NCBI RefSeq assembly: GCF_021869535.1
Contig: NW_026262581.1
Location: 12,710,001 to 12,774,000, forward strand
DNA: 64,000 nt
Direction of reading: 5' to 3'
Source: Mytilus californianus
Lineage: Eukaryota
Positions 63,426 to 64,000 of this stretch are shown here, one piece after another (the first letter of the stretch is position 1; each line of letters opens with the position of its first letter). A program made the position numbers and the translations under genes. The notes below the pieces were generated by a model. That model was not told where the DNA came from. It saw only the letters and a program-made list of their open reading frames with translations, and did not search any database.

Positions 63426-63635
63426 ATGGCGGGCACATTAGAAGGAAGCAGCGAAAAGTGTATAGATATATCTTCTCAAATTATAAAAGACATTGAAGAC
63501 TTTTCTGACGCCTTCGAAATTGCAGAGAATTTAGACGTCGACCTTGGTGGGCTTGGAGAGCTGGAAGAAATGAAAGAACGATTGATGATGGAATTTCATA
63601 AGTGTCAGGCTGGCTTTATAAATCATAAAGAAAAG
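63426..63635 (+). CDS. Gene D putative first coding exon (70 aa), acidic version of the N-terminal module; rest of gene off window
   Basis: AAATGGCG start; MAGTLEG...QIIKDIEDFSDAFEIAENLDVDLGGLGELEEMKERLMMEFHK...HKEK|gtcggt, phase 0. Ungapped 11/42 identity to the B exon 1 core with the hydrophobic pattern kept. Confidence 0.7.
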
Positions 63636-64000
63636 GTCGGTATAATGAATATAAGTGATCGCCTCTTTGCCATTCAATGTCCTCGGCGACACTTTTGGCT
63701 TTGCAATACTATATTTCAAGAAAAAGAAATCTTTAAAAAAAAAAGCTCTTTCTTGGGATTTCTTCCAGCACTAACAAGTTTGTAACATTCAAATAGATGA
63801 TATTTGTATTTTTATTGTTTCACAAATTGTGGTTCTGGGCTTTTTTCGGTGGAGTTTGATTGAGTAATTCAACAGATTTTGTATGTGTTATAATTTTTGA
63901 TGTTTATTAGTTTATACCTACGTATTCTGTCAATATGCTTTCAGTTTACATATGTCTATTGACTATAGTTAAGGGTTTTGGCAAAGTCAGAACATCTCAA

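Overview
AT-rich, repeat-dense animal genomic DNA. The repeat families look like those of a mytilid bivalve, but that is recall/inference and unverified. The main content is a tandem cluster of three minus-strand spliced paralogues (here A, B, C). Each encodes a 62-aa helical N-terminal module, a bacterial-dynamin/mitofusin-type GTPase (G1 GxxxxGKS, G2 T, G3 DTPG, G4 NKWD) and, in B and C, a long helical stalk and a C-terminal Ser/Thr/TKL-type kinase with DVG in place of DFG. B (13047-41075) and C (50119-62996) reconstruct as complete 10-exon, 989-aa ORFs with GT-AG introns and identical intron phases. A (836-3475) is more divergent and runs off the left edge. B looks like an unequal-crossover chimera: an A-type exon 1 and 5' flank joined to C-type exons 2-10. 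A fourth gene (D) starts head-to-head with C about 430 bp away; its first exon is an acidic, charge-reversed version of the same N-terminal module. Introns and intergenic DNA hold two dead tyrosine-recombinase retroelements with split direct repeats (one Ngaro-like with an SGNH ORF, one PAT/DIRS-like with a reconstructable ATAA integration site). There are also several Penelope-like RT fragments, TA-flanked MITEs, fold-back elements, degenerate minimal hammerhead ribozyme motifs, a LINE 3' end and two minisatellites. No rRNA, tRNA or CRISPR array is supportable.
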